Source: Octopus vulgaris
Taxonomy: Eukaryota
Reading direction: 5' to 3'
Length of the DNA: 64,000 nucleotides
Assembly: GCA_951406725.2 (NCBI GenBank)
Contig: OX597816.1
Span: 54,064,001 to 54,128,000 of the forward strand
Below are positions 36,521 to 50,186 of the stretch, piece by piece. Position 1 is the first letter of the stretch. Each line of letters opens with the position of its first letter. The notes beneath the pieces were generated by a model. That model saw only the letters and a program-made list of their open reading frames with translations. It did not search any database and was not told where the DNA came from. A program made the position numbers and the translations under genes.

Positions 36521-36866
36521 CGGAGACCCCCTTCGGTCACGACACAGACCATGGGATTGCACCTAGAGAAGTTACCCTCCTAGACACAAGTCCGGGCAAG
36601 GTTGTTTTTATGGAAGACCAGCAGTCGCCCATGCATACCAGCCTCCCCTCTCCACGCCACCAGTGTTATCCAAGGGAAAGACAAAGGTCGATGCAGCTTG
36701 GCACCAGTGACGTCGCAACTCATTTCAACAGCTGAGCGAACTGGAGCAACGTGAAATAAAGTGCCTTGCTCAAGAACACAACACGCAGCCCGGTCCGGGA
36801 TTCGAACTCACAACCTCACGATCGTAAGCTCGACGCTCCTCTAACCACTGAGCCATGCGCCTTCAC
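36521..36866 (-). mobile_element. Full-length tRNA-Arg-like CORE SINE (family E)
   Basis: Head GGCGCATGGCTCAGTGGTTAG...TTACGAT...GAGTTCGAATCCC, then a TTCTTGAGCAAGGCACTT box. TSD TACAGTTATAAT at 36509-36520 and 36867-36878. Confidence 0.9.
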
Positions 36867-37245
36867 TACAGTTATAATATTAATTAGATAATCATGACGT
36901 CATTGCTACAGCTGTAAAATGGATGAGATAAGGATGTTGTTTCATTACTATGGTTAATATTTATTAAACTCCGTATTTATAAATTACAGTGAGGATGTTA
37001 ACTCCTTCGTACATTCAGCCTCCACATCTCTTCTCATATCCATAAACTCATACAAATGTTAAGTAGAGTCGTTAGAACTGGGAGAATTATTGACTCCAGA
37101 ACGATAAAAGGTAACCCAGAGCATAAGAATCTGGCCAAAATACAGCAAGACAATCTAGGGAAGTAATTTTTTCTTGCCAGTTCTTATCGTTCTGGGCTCA
37201 AACCCCGTTTGGATTTACTCCCTAATATTATTATTATTATTATTA

Positions 37246-37305
<60 letters not shown>

Positions 37306-38812
37306 GTAATAGATTTCATCCATAGATAGTTCTTCACACCACACCTCTGGACCTTGGATACCTTCAGTGGAGTGGGCTCCCCTGCAACTATTGAGATCAG
37401 GATTTCAGCCTGAAGATAACTAACTCCCTCACTCTCACCCATCTGTCCTAGAGGACCCTACAAAGGGTGGGAGTAGGGTATTTTCTCTTCCCCTTCATTA
37501 TGCAAAGTTATATAATAAAGATTAGAAGAATATTGTACATTGGGCATCGGAGCATTCTTGATTATATCTAAAATTTCCTGCGTATTTTCTACCCCAATCG
37601 CAGAATCCTCCTCCTCCTCTCAAGCACCGTCCTCTAACCTTTCCCCTTATTAAACTATCTCTCAATTAATATTCCTCGCTAATTTGCTATCAAATTACTT
37701 CAACTAAATTTATTTGATCAAAGATCCAGGTCTTTTGAAGGTTGTAAAAGTAGATTGTATTCTTCCTAGCAACAAAGGTTGAGGTGAATCTGTTAGGCTG
37801 ACTGCAAGGGGTTAACTTCATAAAAATCTATTGATTTGGGGGGTAAAAACTGAACGATTTAAGTTAATAAAGGAAGAGTGAAGGTGGAGTTGAGAGAAAA
37901 TGTAACAGTTTTAGCTTTAAAATATCTTCAAGTTACAACCGAAACCTCAGCTGGGAAGAACAACAATATTGACAAAAGTTGTGGAATGCTAGTATCTTGG
38001 AGAAATTCTTTCATTATAGTTTGAGTAGTAGTAGTAGCAATCGTAGTAGTAGTAGTAGTTGTTGTTATAACAGTAACAGTAGTAGTAATCTTAGTAGTAG
38101 TAGCAGCACTCGTAGTACATCAGGTTTAAAGATCTTTTTTCTTTCAGACCAATTTATGACTTACATTTACGACATTGATGATAACTTCAGTTAGTTCTTC
38201 GTAGAGATCTGACTTGGTACGGATGTTTAATTTAAGGTTCAATGTAGCTAGTCAGATGTGGTGGTTGACACGAAGCCAGGTAGGTGTACGGCATTTGGAT
38301 CGAGTTGCGATTTGTAAGTCGTCACTTCAACACTTATTCGATTTCAAGATTTGTACTTAGAAAATTATTTTCTGAATCAAAATATGGCGTTAAGAAAGGA
38401 AGGCTATTAGAACCCCCACCCCCTGAAAAACCAGCTTTTAGAGAAAATATTAAAGAAGTTACCATTGAATTAAAGTATCTCACTATTACTGGTTGAGAGA
38501 GAAACTATTTGTTGTAGTGTTCTGACATAAGAATATAAGATTATTGTGTTATAGAGGAACATATGCCTGTTATAACAGTATAGTGTCATTAAGTGTGTGC
38601 CCCAGCAGGGTCTCAATGCTGAAACATATAAAAGAATAAGCTTGTAGAATAGTGTAGATCTATTAGAGGAAAATAAGAAACCGTGTTCTCAAAGTCAATA
38701 AAATATTTTCTTGCTTCAAAAATCTCTTCCCCGCTACCGACTGATAATTTCTTTTTACCCTTCTGCAAAATCCATTTCGATTACTCTTGGAGTAACATAA
38801 GTATATATATAT

Positions 38813-39040
38813 TTTTTCTACCCACAAGGGGCAAAACACAGAGGGGACATACAAGGATAGACAAACGGAATAAGTCGATTACATCGACTCCAGTGCGTAA
38901 CTGGCGCTTAATTTATCGACCCCCAAAGGATGAAAGGCAAATTCGACCTCGGCTCAATTTGAACACAGAACGTAACGGCAGACGAAATACGGCTACGCAT
39001 TTCGCCAAGCGTGCTAACGTTTCTGCCAGCTCGCCGTCTT
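38813..39040 (-). mobile_element. Nin-domain tRNA SINE (family B)
   Basis: Full family B consensus. Older short-tail copies also at ~34380-34570, 36330-36495, 42430-42632, 44455-44605 and 46700-46840. Confidence 0.85.
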
Positions 39041-39043
39041 GAC

Positions 39044-39171
<128 letters not shown>

Positions 39172-39177
39172 CTTGAC

Positions 39178-39231
<54 letters not shown>

Positions 39232-39233
39232 TC

Positions 39234-39318
<85 letters not shown>

Positions 39319-39381
39319 GGAGTAAATCCAAACTTACAGGGAAAAATTAGATTTAGGATTAAATCTAATTTTACAGTATAA

Positions 39382-39658
39382 ATATAAATTGAATTAGAGA
39401 TAAAACCACTATTAGGCAAATCAAACTGTGAAAAACATGAACCAAAACATAGAAATAAAATTAATTAATATAATATACAAAATATATGAAATATAAAATT
39501 CAAAATTTAAAATTTAAAATTCAAATAATTTAAATTTTGAATTTTATATTTCATATATTTTGTATATTATATTAATTAATTTTATTTCTATGTTTTGGTT
39601 CATGTTTTTCACTGTTTGATTTGCCTAATAGTGGTTTTATCTCTAATTTAATTTATAT
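39382..39658. repeat. Near-perfect AT-rich palindrome (~130-bp arms, ~17-nt loop) inside (TA)n
   Basis: Arms 39382-39511 and 39529-39658. Pieces of the same family occur at ~37205-37227 and 47397-47430. Confidence 0.93.
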
Positions 39659-40118
39659 ATATATATATATATATATACAGCTCACACAAACACACCTCTT
39701 TAATGAGTATTTTCTTTAGAAATATTAAAGAAAAATGTTCTTTTGGAAGAGTCGATTGTTAATTGGGACTTCGAAAGGTTCAATGGGCTTTTGAGGAAGA
39801 AACAACAACAAACTTCAAATGCTAAGCGCGATGGACCTCAGTTGATTTGTGGAGGGAAATCTGTTTAAAAGGAAATTTTGAGGATGTAAAGATGTTGAGT
39901 TAGAAATAATATTTAGGTTAAAATCTGTCATCAAGGGATCAATTAATTTATTGATTGCAATGTATTGATTGAAACAACGGTGATTGATTTAAAGGTAAAC
40001 CTTTTTGTTTTACAAGTCATTAGTCCCGACTGAGCAGACTTCACGTCAAAGGCTTTCTCACCGCCACCTTCCTGTCTTTTGTATATTCTTGCTAAATGCA
40101 GATAAAGAAATCGTTATT

Positions 40119-41053
40119 AAGGCGGCGAGCTGGCAGAATCGTTAGCACGCCGGGCGGAATGCTTAGCGGTGTTTCGTCTGCCGCTACGTTCTGAGGTCAA
40201 ATTCCGCCGAGGTCGACTTTGCCTTTCATCCTTTCGGGGTCGATTAAATAAGTACCAGCTATGAAACTGGGGTCGATGTAATCGACTTAATACCTATGTC
40301 TGTCCTTGTTTGTCCCCTCTATGTTTAGCCCCTTGTGGCTAGTAAAGAAATAGGTATTTCGTCAGCCGCTACTTTCTGAGTTCAAATTCCACCGAGGTCG
40401 ACTTTGCCTTTCATCCTTTCGGGGTCGATTAAATAAGTACCAGTTACGCACTTAATCCGTTTGTCTGTCCTTGTTTGTCTCTTCTGTGTTTAGCCCCTTG
40501 TGGGTAGTAAAGAAATAGGTATTTCGTCAGCCGCTACATTCTAAGTTCAAATTCCGCCGAGGTCGATTTTGCCTTTCATCCTTTCGGGGTCGATTAAATA
40601 AGTACCAGTTACGCACTGGGGTCGATGTAATCGACTTAATCCGTTTGTCTGTCCTTGTTTGTCCCTTCTGTGTTTAGCCCCTTGTGGGTAGTAAAGCAAT
40701 AGGTATTTCGTCTGCCACTGCGTTCTGAGTTCAAATTCCGCCGAGGACGACTTTATCTTTCATCGGGGTCGGTTAAATAAATACCAGTTATGCACTGGGG
40801 TCGATATAATCGACTTAATCCGTTTGTCTGTCCTTGTTTGTTCTCTCTGTGTTTAGCCCCTTGTGGGTAGTAAAAAAATAGGTATTTCGTCTGCCGTTAC
40901 GTTCTGAGTTGAAATTCCGTCGAGGTAGACTTTGCCTTTCACTTTTTTGGGGCCGATAAAATAAGTAGCAGTTGAATACTGGAGTCTATGTAATTGACTT
41001 ACCTTCCCTCCCCCAACCGAAACTGCTGGCCTTGTGCCAAAATTTTAAACCAA
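40119..41053 (+). mobile_element. Head-to-tail concatemer of five Nin-SINE units behind one 5' head
   Basis: Junction AAATAG|GTATTTCGTC (one variant GCAATAG) at ~40353, 40518, 40702 and 40881. The last unit has the short-tail variant. Confidence 0.92.
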
Positions 41054-44000
41054 TACTTTGTTGTTATTGAAGTGAAATACTTTGAATCTGCCTTTCTCTC
41101 TTCAAACCTGTTTATTTAAGAAAGAAGTGATGTCAGAGATGTAAAATCGAAACCCTGTTGTAAACAAGAGCGACTTCTAAGGGCCCAACAAGAAACAGGG
41201 GAAGTTATATCAAACTATGAATCCTCAATAAAAAATGTTAGACTTAATTAGATTAAAATGACTTGAACTGAAATTTAATTTGCTGGCCATACTATTATTA
41301 AATAGTACTCTGTGATAGACGTAATTCTATTCTTTAATTATTGTTGCTAAGGAACAAATTTAGAAATTTATAGGAGAGAGTACATAGAATACTGCCCAGT
41401 GTCGGGGATATTTTCAGGGGTTAGACTGGGTGAAGTGAGCCCTGGATGTTAATTTATTTGCTATTAATAGTTGCTAATGACGGCGACAGGGATAGTTCAA
41501 TATTCAGATGATGGAAATATGATTATTGGGAAGAATGAAAAAGGATAAGAGAAGAAAAATAAGCCGAGAAAGTGAATCACTGTAGACTGAGACTGCTACA
41601 CTAAATAGTGGTAAATAAACAACGAAAAGGCATCCATTGATTTACCGATTCCTCACAGGAAAATATTCAAAACCAGAAAACTCTTTTTCTTTCCAGCCTA
41701 TGTAAGCAGAGGATAAACGTTTGATCGAAGCATTTTTTATATTGATTTTATCGATCCTATTATACCCTTGCCAGTAGCATAAACATTCTCGGACATTTGT
41801 GATAAGCAGACCTGGAAACACAATTTAATAGAAAAAAAAATTACATTTATTAAGTGCAGTCAGTGTGTCGACTTCATTGTTTGTATGTCTTTGTTCGGAG
41901 TTGGTCTTTTGGTCTGTGCTAATGTTTAACTCAAGGTCTGCTTATTTCAAAAGATAAATATTCCATCATTGTTATCGCGTTTATTGTGGAGTTGTAATGA
42001 CGGAAACAGAGACTAAGAGAATGTGTTGGCAGCGTGAGATCGTATCTTACGATTGGCATAGCGATGGCTGGAGGAGAACGTGTTAAGTGTCTTCTGTTAT
42101 GAACTTATCTGACAGAAAAAACAGACGAACAGACAGAAACTGATTCAGTGATAGAGTCTTGGACTAAAGATCGATTCGCAATTAGGTGCTTAATAGAGCT
42201 GAGATCGAATCTTCATGGGGAACGACTTAGCGATAGAGTATTGAACCAGAAATCGATTTGTGTGCAATTCGGTGGTTAATAGGACTGAGATCGAAACTTT
42301 TTCGCCAGAACGGAATAGATTGTACGATGTCTCTGAGAAGTGATTGTTAGATTTATAGACATTTACCACATTGGTACCATGAGCATCAAAAACTCATCTC
42401 TATATCTCTATAAATAATAATCGCTTCAACTATAAGCAGAAGGCCTGGCATTTAGGTGGGAGGGAAAAAAATCGATTATGTCGACTCCAATGTTTAACTG
42501 ATTTCATCGATCCTGAAAAATGAAAGGTAAAAATCGAGTTCGGAGGAATTTGAACTCAGAGCGTATATCTGGAAGAAATGCTGCCAAGTATTCCGTCCAG
42601 TATGCTAACGATTCTTGCCAGCTCGCCGCCTTAACTGCATAAATAATAATAGTAAATATGACAAGTTATTTGGGAATGGTTTCAGAACAATTTCGTCTGG
42701 TGAACAAGAATACGACATTAATAAAAGGAATATGTTCAGGATGGATGTGCCAGTGATCTGATTGAACCAATCAAGAACAGGAGGTGCTGAAATAAAGGAC
42801 ATCTCTCTGTCTCTGTTTGTTTCTCTGTATCCCTGGCTGTGTGTCTCTCTTTCCTCTGACATCGTTAAGTTTCCACTTCCAGTTATAACAAGGATGTTCT
42901 CTACAGCTAACAAAACAATGTTGTATGTTTTTCAAGGCTATTGGTCAAATAGTCACCATCGGGAAGCGAAACCGATTCCACACCGTCATTAGTTGTTTAC
43001 ATTTCTTTGATTACTTTTGCTATTTTATTTTACTTCACCAAGAAATTTTTATGTGAGAAGAGTCTTTGTCATTGTCAGAGTCGAGAGTTGAACCTGCGAC
43101 ATCCACTTTGGAGATACAAATTGTTTTTCTTTCCTGTGAATTAAGTTTTTGAGTTCAGTGTTTTGTGAGGAGAGGCTGAAATAGTTCTTAATTTCCGGAT
43201 TTAAATAAAAAATTTTGTAATTGTCATTCCAGCACAACATAAAACTCCATTCTACTCTAGTACAACATTATACTATGACACTACAATACCACTACACTAC
43301 TCTGCACTCTAACCAGCGACGGAGTTTATACATGGTCTATCGACCAGCTAGAAATAACAGCCTAATACCCCTCATATCGAACGATTTGTAAAATAGACAT
43401 GTTGCGAGTTTCCTGCATTTAGAATGCAGGTATGGTCACGGCTGGAATGTCTTTGATTTATAGATGTACAGAGACAGGACAGACCTGGGGAGGAATAACA
43501 ACACTAACAATATCAAGAGCAATTGTAGTAGTAGCAACAACAACAACAACAACAGAACAATACAACAACAACAGCCATAACAATAAACACAAGTTTATTT
43601 AGGTCTATAAAGTTTAACAGCAGTGACGACGACGACGACGACGAAAGAGGAGGAGGAAGAAGAAGAAGAAGAAGAAGAAGAAGAAGAAGAAGAAGAAGAA
43701 GAAGGAACATGTTTAATTTGGCGATGGAAAAGATTTCAGTAACATCAATTTCTTCATAATTCTGAAATACGAACACATAATGGCTGAAATATCGGAACAG
43801 AAGATCGTTTTTATTACATCCGATATGAGAAAATCTATGTGAGGAGCTGCTAAGCTTTCATTGTGATCAGTTTATGAGAAGAAGATAATAAAGTTAGTTG
43901 GAAATGTTAATCAGTCAGAGATAATGTTTCATACTCACCAGACATCATTCAAAGACTTGCCACATTTTCTTTAAACTCTCAACACAAACTACTTTTCTAT

Positions 44001-44613
44001 TGGAAATATCTTTGAAGCTTGTGCAGAGATCCTAATGTCCCTGGAGATATAATTACTACCACGAGGAAAGACTGAACTATTCACAAATCTCTCTTTGTTT
44101 TGTTGAAAGTTTGATATTTAGCAACAGTCCAGACCGTCTTAAGATGTTTTGTGGATGGAAGAGAAAGATGTGTTTGATATAAAGATCGTAATGTAATATT
44201 TGTAATGTTGAAGTCAGGATTAAAAAAAACGTGTTAAGGGATGTTTCCATGTCTCTCTCACTATTCATGAAGTTAGTGATTGGTGTGATAAATAAGTTTA
44301 TCAGTCACAAGATTATCCTTATTAAACGTAACAAATGTTTCAATTAGTCATTACAAATGGCGATCAAAGTTTAATGACATGTGCTAATGACATGTGCTGG
44401 ACTAATCATAAAAGATTTTACAATAATTTATTATTTAGCTCAACGGAAAAAAACGTTTCGAAGCATTTCTTGCAGCTTTACGTTCTGAGTTTGAATGCTT
44501 TTCATCCTTTCAAGGTCAATTAAATAAATACCAGTTAAATACTGGGGTCGAAGTAATTGACTAGCTCCACTCCCAAAATTTCAGGCCTTGTGCCTATAAT
44601 AGAATGGATTCTT

Positions 44614-44993
44614 TTTCTTCTTCTTCTTCTTCTTCTTCTTCTTCTTCTTCTTCTTCTTCTTCTTCTTCTTCTTCTTCTTCTTCTTCTTCTTCTTCTTCTT
44701 CTCCTCCTCCTCCTTCTTTTTCTTCTTCTTCTTCTCCTCCTCCTCCTCCTCCTCCTCCTCCTCCTTCTTCTTCTTCTTCTTCTTCTTCTTCTTCTTCTTC
44801 TTTTTTTCTTCTTCTTCTTCTTCTTCTTCTTCTTCTTCTTCTCCTCCTCCTCCTCCTCCTCATTCTTCTTCTTCTTCTTCTTCTTCTTCTTCTTCTTCTT
44901 CTTCTTCCTCTTCCTCTTCCTCTTCTTCTTCTTCTTCTTCTTCTTCTTCTTCTTCTTCTTCTTCTTCTTCTTCTTCTTCTTCTTCTTCTTCTT
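44614..44993. repeat. (CTT)n/(CCT)n polypyrimidine-polypurine microsatellite
   Basis: About 380 bp, nearly all C/T on the + strand. Confidence 0.98.
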
Positions 44994-45694
44994 CCAGCTG
45001 TCCACAGTACCGTCCAATTTTATTCTAGTAGCTTTTTTTTGTTGCTACTTCCGATTTAATAGAATGGAAAACCTGACTCGTAGTTTTCCACTCGGTGATG
45101 GTGTGAATGTCTGCAAGGCAGCTGTAGTATGTGGCACTATCAGTTTCCAACATGGTTTTGATTTTGTCCAAAGAAACATGAAAGTGTTTCGATTTTCGAA
45201 AACAGTTGTTAAATGTTGAATGATTTTTAAAAACTTAACTTTTTCATCCTGACTTAGAGTTCTTGTGATTTGTTCTGTTTCTGGGATTTACGACACTCGA
45301 AATCGAACTTGTTTTCCATGGCACTATCCAGCAATGAATATATCATACTTTCATTGACCATTTTCTCCAGAGCCAAAAAAAAAAAAAACAGAAAAAGAAA
45401 AATGACGAAGATAATACAAGAAAAGAAAAAGGATAATAACCTTTTCCGACATTAGACTGCGGCCATGCTGGGGCACGCCATAAAGAATTTTAATCGAACG
45501 AATCGACCCCAATACTTATTTTTTAAAGCCTAGTACTATTCTATCGGTCTTTTTCCAGTAGCTCCAACAAAACCTGTTATAAAGAGCAATAATAATAATA
45601 GTAATAATAATCATGTTAAAGAAAGTATTATCTGTCTGAGGTCCTTGTTGTCACTTGACTAAAGACTTCGGTGCATTTTTACCTACGCTTACTA

Positions 45695-45756
<62 letters not shown>

Positions 45757-45758
<2 letters not shown>

Positions 45759-46240
45759 TTGTTTTGTCTTGGTATAAAAGATGGGCTACAGCAAATATTC
45801 TGCTCAATACCACAGATTTGCTTGTCAGTTGTTTGACCGTAACCAGTTGAGCATGTCCCTTAGTGGCTGACGATATGTGCATCTCTGATCACGAGCAGAA
45901 GTAGTGGGGGAGCATCATAGCCATGTGTTGAGAGGGATTCTTTGGGGTTTGAATAATTCACCTCTGGAAACATGGGTGGTTCTTTCAACATCCTTAAACA
46001 ACCCTTATTCAGGGACCGTTTGAGCGGGATGGGCTACTCAACCTGAAGAAAATTCTAACTGGGCCCCACCTGCAAGGTCATGTGCTGTTTATCTTGATAT
46101 GAGATCACCATGTCGCGCACATATGGTTGTGATGCATGTGCCTGGTGTGCCCTTATCAGACGGGTAGTCATGATGGGTATATTGGGCTTCGTATATTTTA
46201 CCCCAGTGTCACTTTGATGGCATGAACTGCTCTCTCACTC
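45757..46240 (+). mobile_element. Probable 3' end of a (TAA)n-targeting non-LTR retroelement
   Basis: Complex ~480-bp sequence flanked on both sides by (AAT)n and ending CTCTCTCACTC-(AAT)n. No ORF; family assignment inferred. Confidence 0.5.
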
Positions 46241-46459
46241 AATAATAATAATAATCATCATCATCATCGTCATAGCATACCCAGCTGACAACAAGGTATG
46301 CGATAAAGAAGCAAGCAAAAGACCAAAAGAATACAATACCGGGTAGAGTTCTCACACCTCCAACAGCAAAAAAAGAACACACAATGCAGCACACACCTCA
46401 GCAACATGGAGGCGTAGCAGGTGATGCAATAGAAACCTACCTGAAACTACCAAATGTTG

Positions 46460-46460
<1 letters not shown>

Positions 46461-46493
<33 letters not shown>

Positions 46494-46516
46494 TTACTAC
46501 TACCTGCACCACCACC

Positions 46517-46550
<34 letters not shown>

Positions 46551-46585
46551 TTACTACTACTACTACTACCACCACCACCACCACC

Positions 46586-46651
<66 letters not shown>

Positions 46652-46700
46652 GTTGTTGTTGTTGCTGCTGCTGCTGCTGCCGCTACTACTATTACTACTA
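46461..46700. repeat. Compound (TAC)n/(CAC)n/(TGY)n microsatellite
   Basis: Visible directly. Other long tracts: (TCTR)n 16015-16290, (TATG)n 27265-27570, (TA)n 39047-39315 and 48350-48510, (TACA/TA)n 53600-53930, (GA)n 63037-63150. Confidence 0.97.
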
Positions 46701-47004
46701 CTGGCAAAAAGAAATGTTAGGAGCAAAGGATAAGCTGATTATATGGAACCCGGGGCTGCTCGATTGGTACTTTCTCTAATCGACCCTGAAAAGATGAAAG
46801 GCAGAGTGGACATCGGCAGGGTTTGAGCTCAGAACGTTGACATAGGGAGAGAGATAGAGAATGGGATGGACAACAGTAAGATGATGGATATAAATAAGGA
46901 GAGGTGGAGAAAGAAAGAAAGAAAGAGAGACATAAAGAGAGAGAGAGAGAGACAAAGGGAGGGATATACGATGTAGTATATAGATAGATATATAATATAA
47001 TATA

Positions 47005-47119
<115 letters not shown>

Positions 47120-47159
47120 CATACATATATATATATACATACATATATATATATATATT

Positions 47160-47362
47160 CAAAATGTGACCGCGTGTGTACCGTTGGCGATTTTCTTTCC
47201 TCTGTCTTCCTTTCTCTGGATCTTTCCTTCTCCTATGTTTCCGACGAAGAGCTCCGCTCGAAACGTTAATCCTTCCTTCTTTCCTTCTTTCCTGAACGTC
47301 CAATAATACTATATTTGTTCCACGTCCTCGCGTTGTGTTTTTTTGTGCTTTCTTGTTTGGAT

Positions 47363-47370
<8 letters not shown>
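47160..47370 (+). mobile_element. Penelope-like pseudo-LTR fragment with a minimal hammerhead motif, embedded in (TA)n
   Basis: CCGACGAAGAGCTCCGCTCGAAACGTTA at 47241-47268. Homologous inverted copies at ~32270-32420 and ~1445-1550. Confidence 0.7.
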
Positions 47371-47400
<30 letters not shown>

Positions 47401-47441
47401 CCTAATAGTGGTTTTATCTCTAATTTAATATAATATAATAT

Positions 47442-47474
<33 letters not shown>

Positions 47475-48099
47475 TGAGAGAGAAAGAGAGAGAGAGAGAG
47501 AGATGCAAAGTGGTGTATATAAAGCAGGAAACCAACTTGCCAATTGCTTGTTGTTTGGAACGAAGCCAATGTAGCTATGGAATTGTGTAGAAGATGAATA
47601 TTTGTGCTTGCAAATATTGCAGTCTATTTTCTTCATTATTTACCATAATTGATTGCACATTTTCACATTGGACTCAATTACGGATGACAGAAGGCAATTT
47701 ATTCCAATTTCTACTTTTCCAAGCTGTTCAATTCAAACGAAATAGCTTTCTTTAAAAACTTCACCAATAAATCCAGCAGGCGTTCTTCATTTAAATAGAT
47801 TCTCTGTTCTTTGTTTCTTTACTTGAAGGAATCAGCATTGTGGTGTTCGATAACAAGATTTACTTAAACTGGTTCCATTCTCACCAATTATTCCTGATGG
47901 AGTTTAACCTCCAGCCTTGATTGTTTCTTCTGAATAATCTTTTCTGCAGCTCTTGGTTAATTTTAATGTTATTAAGGAGTTATTGCTGATCAGACTCAAT
48001 CATAAGACTACATCGATTCTGATCAGACTATGTTGCTATACAAGCGAAATAAAGACCTTATTAATCGCGTTCCGAAAGTTATTCATGTATTTATGGTTT

Positions 48100-48335
48100 A
48101 TCTATATATATAAAACTAAGAATGTCTGTCTGTCTGTCTGTGTGAATCCCTAAAACTTGAGAACTACACAACCGATTTCATTCAAATTTTACACATGCCT
48201 TACTTAGGGTCCATGGAGTGTCATGGGCAAATAAATCTTTAACGTCTTGCCCAGGGCGAGCCCACAGCAATATCATATCTTCTCCACTATTTCAGTATTA
48301 CGTGTTAAAAGTGAAACAAAAACATCTTTCTATTG
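48100..48335 (+). mobile_element. Probable Helitron 5' fragment
   Basis: A|TCTATATATATAAAA followed by (TGTC)n and ACAACCGATTTCATTCAAATTT, a common non-autonomous Helitron start. No 3' end seen. Confidence 0.45.
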
Positions 48336-48361
48336 TATGTATATGGATGTATATATATATA

Positions 48362-48515
<154 letters not shown>

Positions 48516-49122
48516 ATGTATACATGTATGTCTAGATGTGTATATATAGATGTACATGTAATATGTACACATATATATACACATATACACATGCATACAT
48601 ACATACACCCATACACACATACACCCCCCACACACACATACATAGGTGCAGGTGTGGCTGTGTGGTAACAAACTTGGTTCCAAAACACATGGTCCTCAGT
48701 TCAGACCCACAGTGTGGTAACTTGGCATGTGTCTTTTGCTATAGCCTCAGACCAACCAAAGCTTTGTCAGTGGATTTTGTAGATAGAAACTGAAAGAAAT
48801 CAATTGTATGTATATGTATATATATATGTAAGTCTATGTGTGTGTCTTTGTGTTTCTCCCTCATCACTGCTTCACAACTGGCGTTCGTTTATTTACATCC
48901 CCATAACTTACTGGTTTCACAAAAAGAAACTGATAGAATAAGTACCAGGCTTATTAAAATGCCAAATTTTATTTTGGTACTTATGGGAGCAACTGTCTTT
49001 GAAGACTCATATTGTGGTTCAATGCTCGAAATGAGGAGTAGATAGCAAACGTTACTTGTCCTGTTTACCATTTGTTTCCATTTGTTGTTTACTCTTGGTG
49101 ACGTTCTGTACCGATATATGCA

Positions 49123-49184
<62 letters not shown>

Positions 49185-49322
49185 TGTATATATATATGCA
49201 TATATGCATGTATATATATATATATACATATACACACTCACACACGCACACACACACACACATATATATATTCATACATACATACACACATATATATATA
49301 CATATATATATATTATTTATAC

Positions 49323-49371
<49 letters not shown>

Positions 49372-50126
49372 TTATACACACACATACACACAAACGCATA
49401 CACACACTTGTGTGTCATTAATCATCCGTAATGTACGCATAATATATTTTCCATTTGCAGAATTAGTTGCGCACGCTTCCTTAGGCATGCTCTCTCTCTC
49501 TCTCTCTCTCTCTTTCCTCTTTTATCAATGTCTAACCACTCCGAGGTAAGTTTGAACATGAAACTTTTCTAATGAGCTGAGATTGATAACAATCGTTTCC
49601 CGATAATTCATTTCCTCCAATGAAGAACATGGATGCATGCACAGAATATGCATGTTAGTCTACCTGCATATGCATATACTGGTTGTTTGGATTAAATTTG
49701 ATAATTCTTATGTCTTCTTTTTTTTTAGGGACAGCTTGATGGATTGGTAAACAGTCACAGGGGTTGTGAAGCTTAAAGATTAAAGTTGTAGCTGAAGAAA
49801 AAGAAAAAAAAAACCCAAACACTTGCCCAAAGTGCCACCCAGCAGGGACTGAACCAAGAGTCATATGATTGGGAAGTAGACTTCTTACCACATTGCCACG
49901 TCTACAAGTATATGGACATAGATGGCATTGCATATGCGAGTGCGTATATGCATGGGCGTAAGCGTGGCTGTGTGGGAAGTTTGCTTCCCAACCACATAGT
50001 TACGGGTTCAGTCCCACTGCGTCACACTGCGTCACACTGCGTCACACTGCGTCACACTGCGTCACACTGCGTCACACTGGAATTAAATGGTCTTGATTTA
50101 TTGTGTTAGGTGACTTTTGGCCAACC

Positions 50127-50186
<60 letters not shown>

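Noticed and set aside
36790-36866. tRNA-Arg(ACG)-like gene
   Set aside because: It is the head of a TSD-flanked SINE, continues into a CORE-like body and lacks a proper acceptor stem. The same applies to the tRNA-like heads at 9153, 21398 and 27767.
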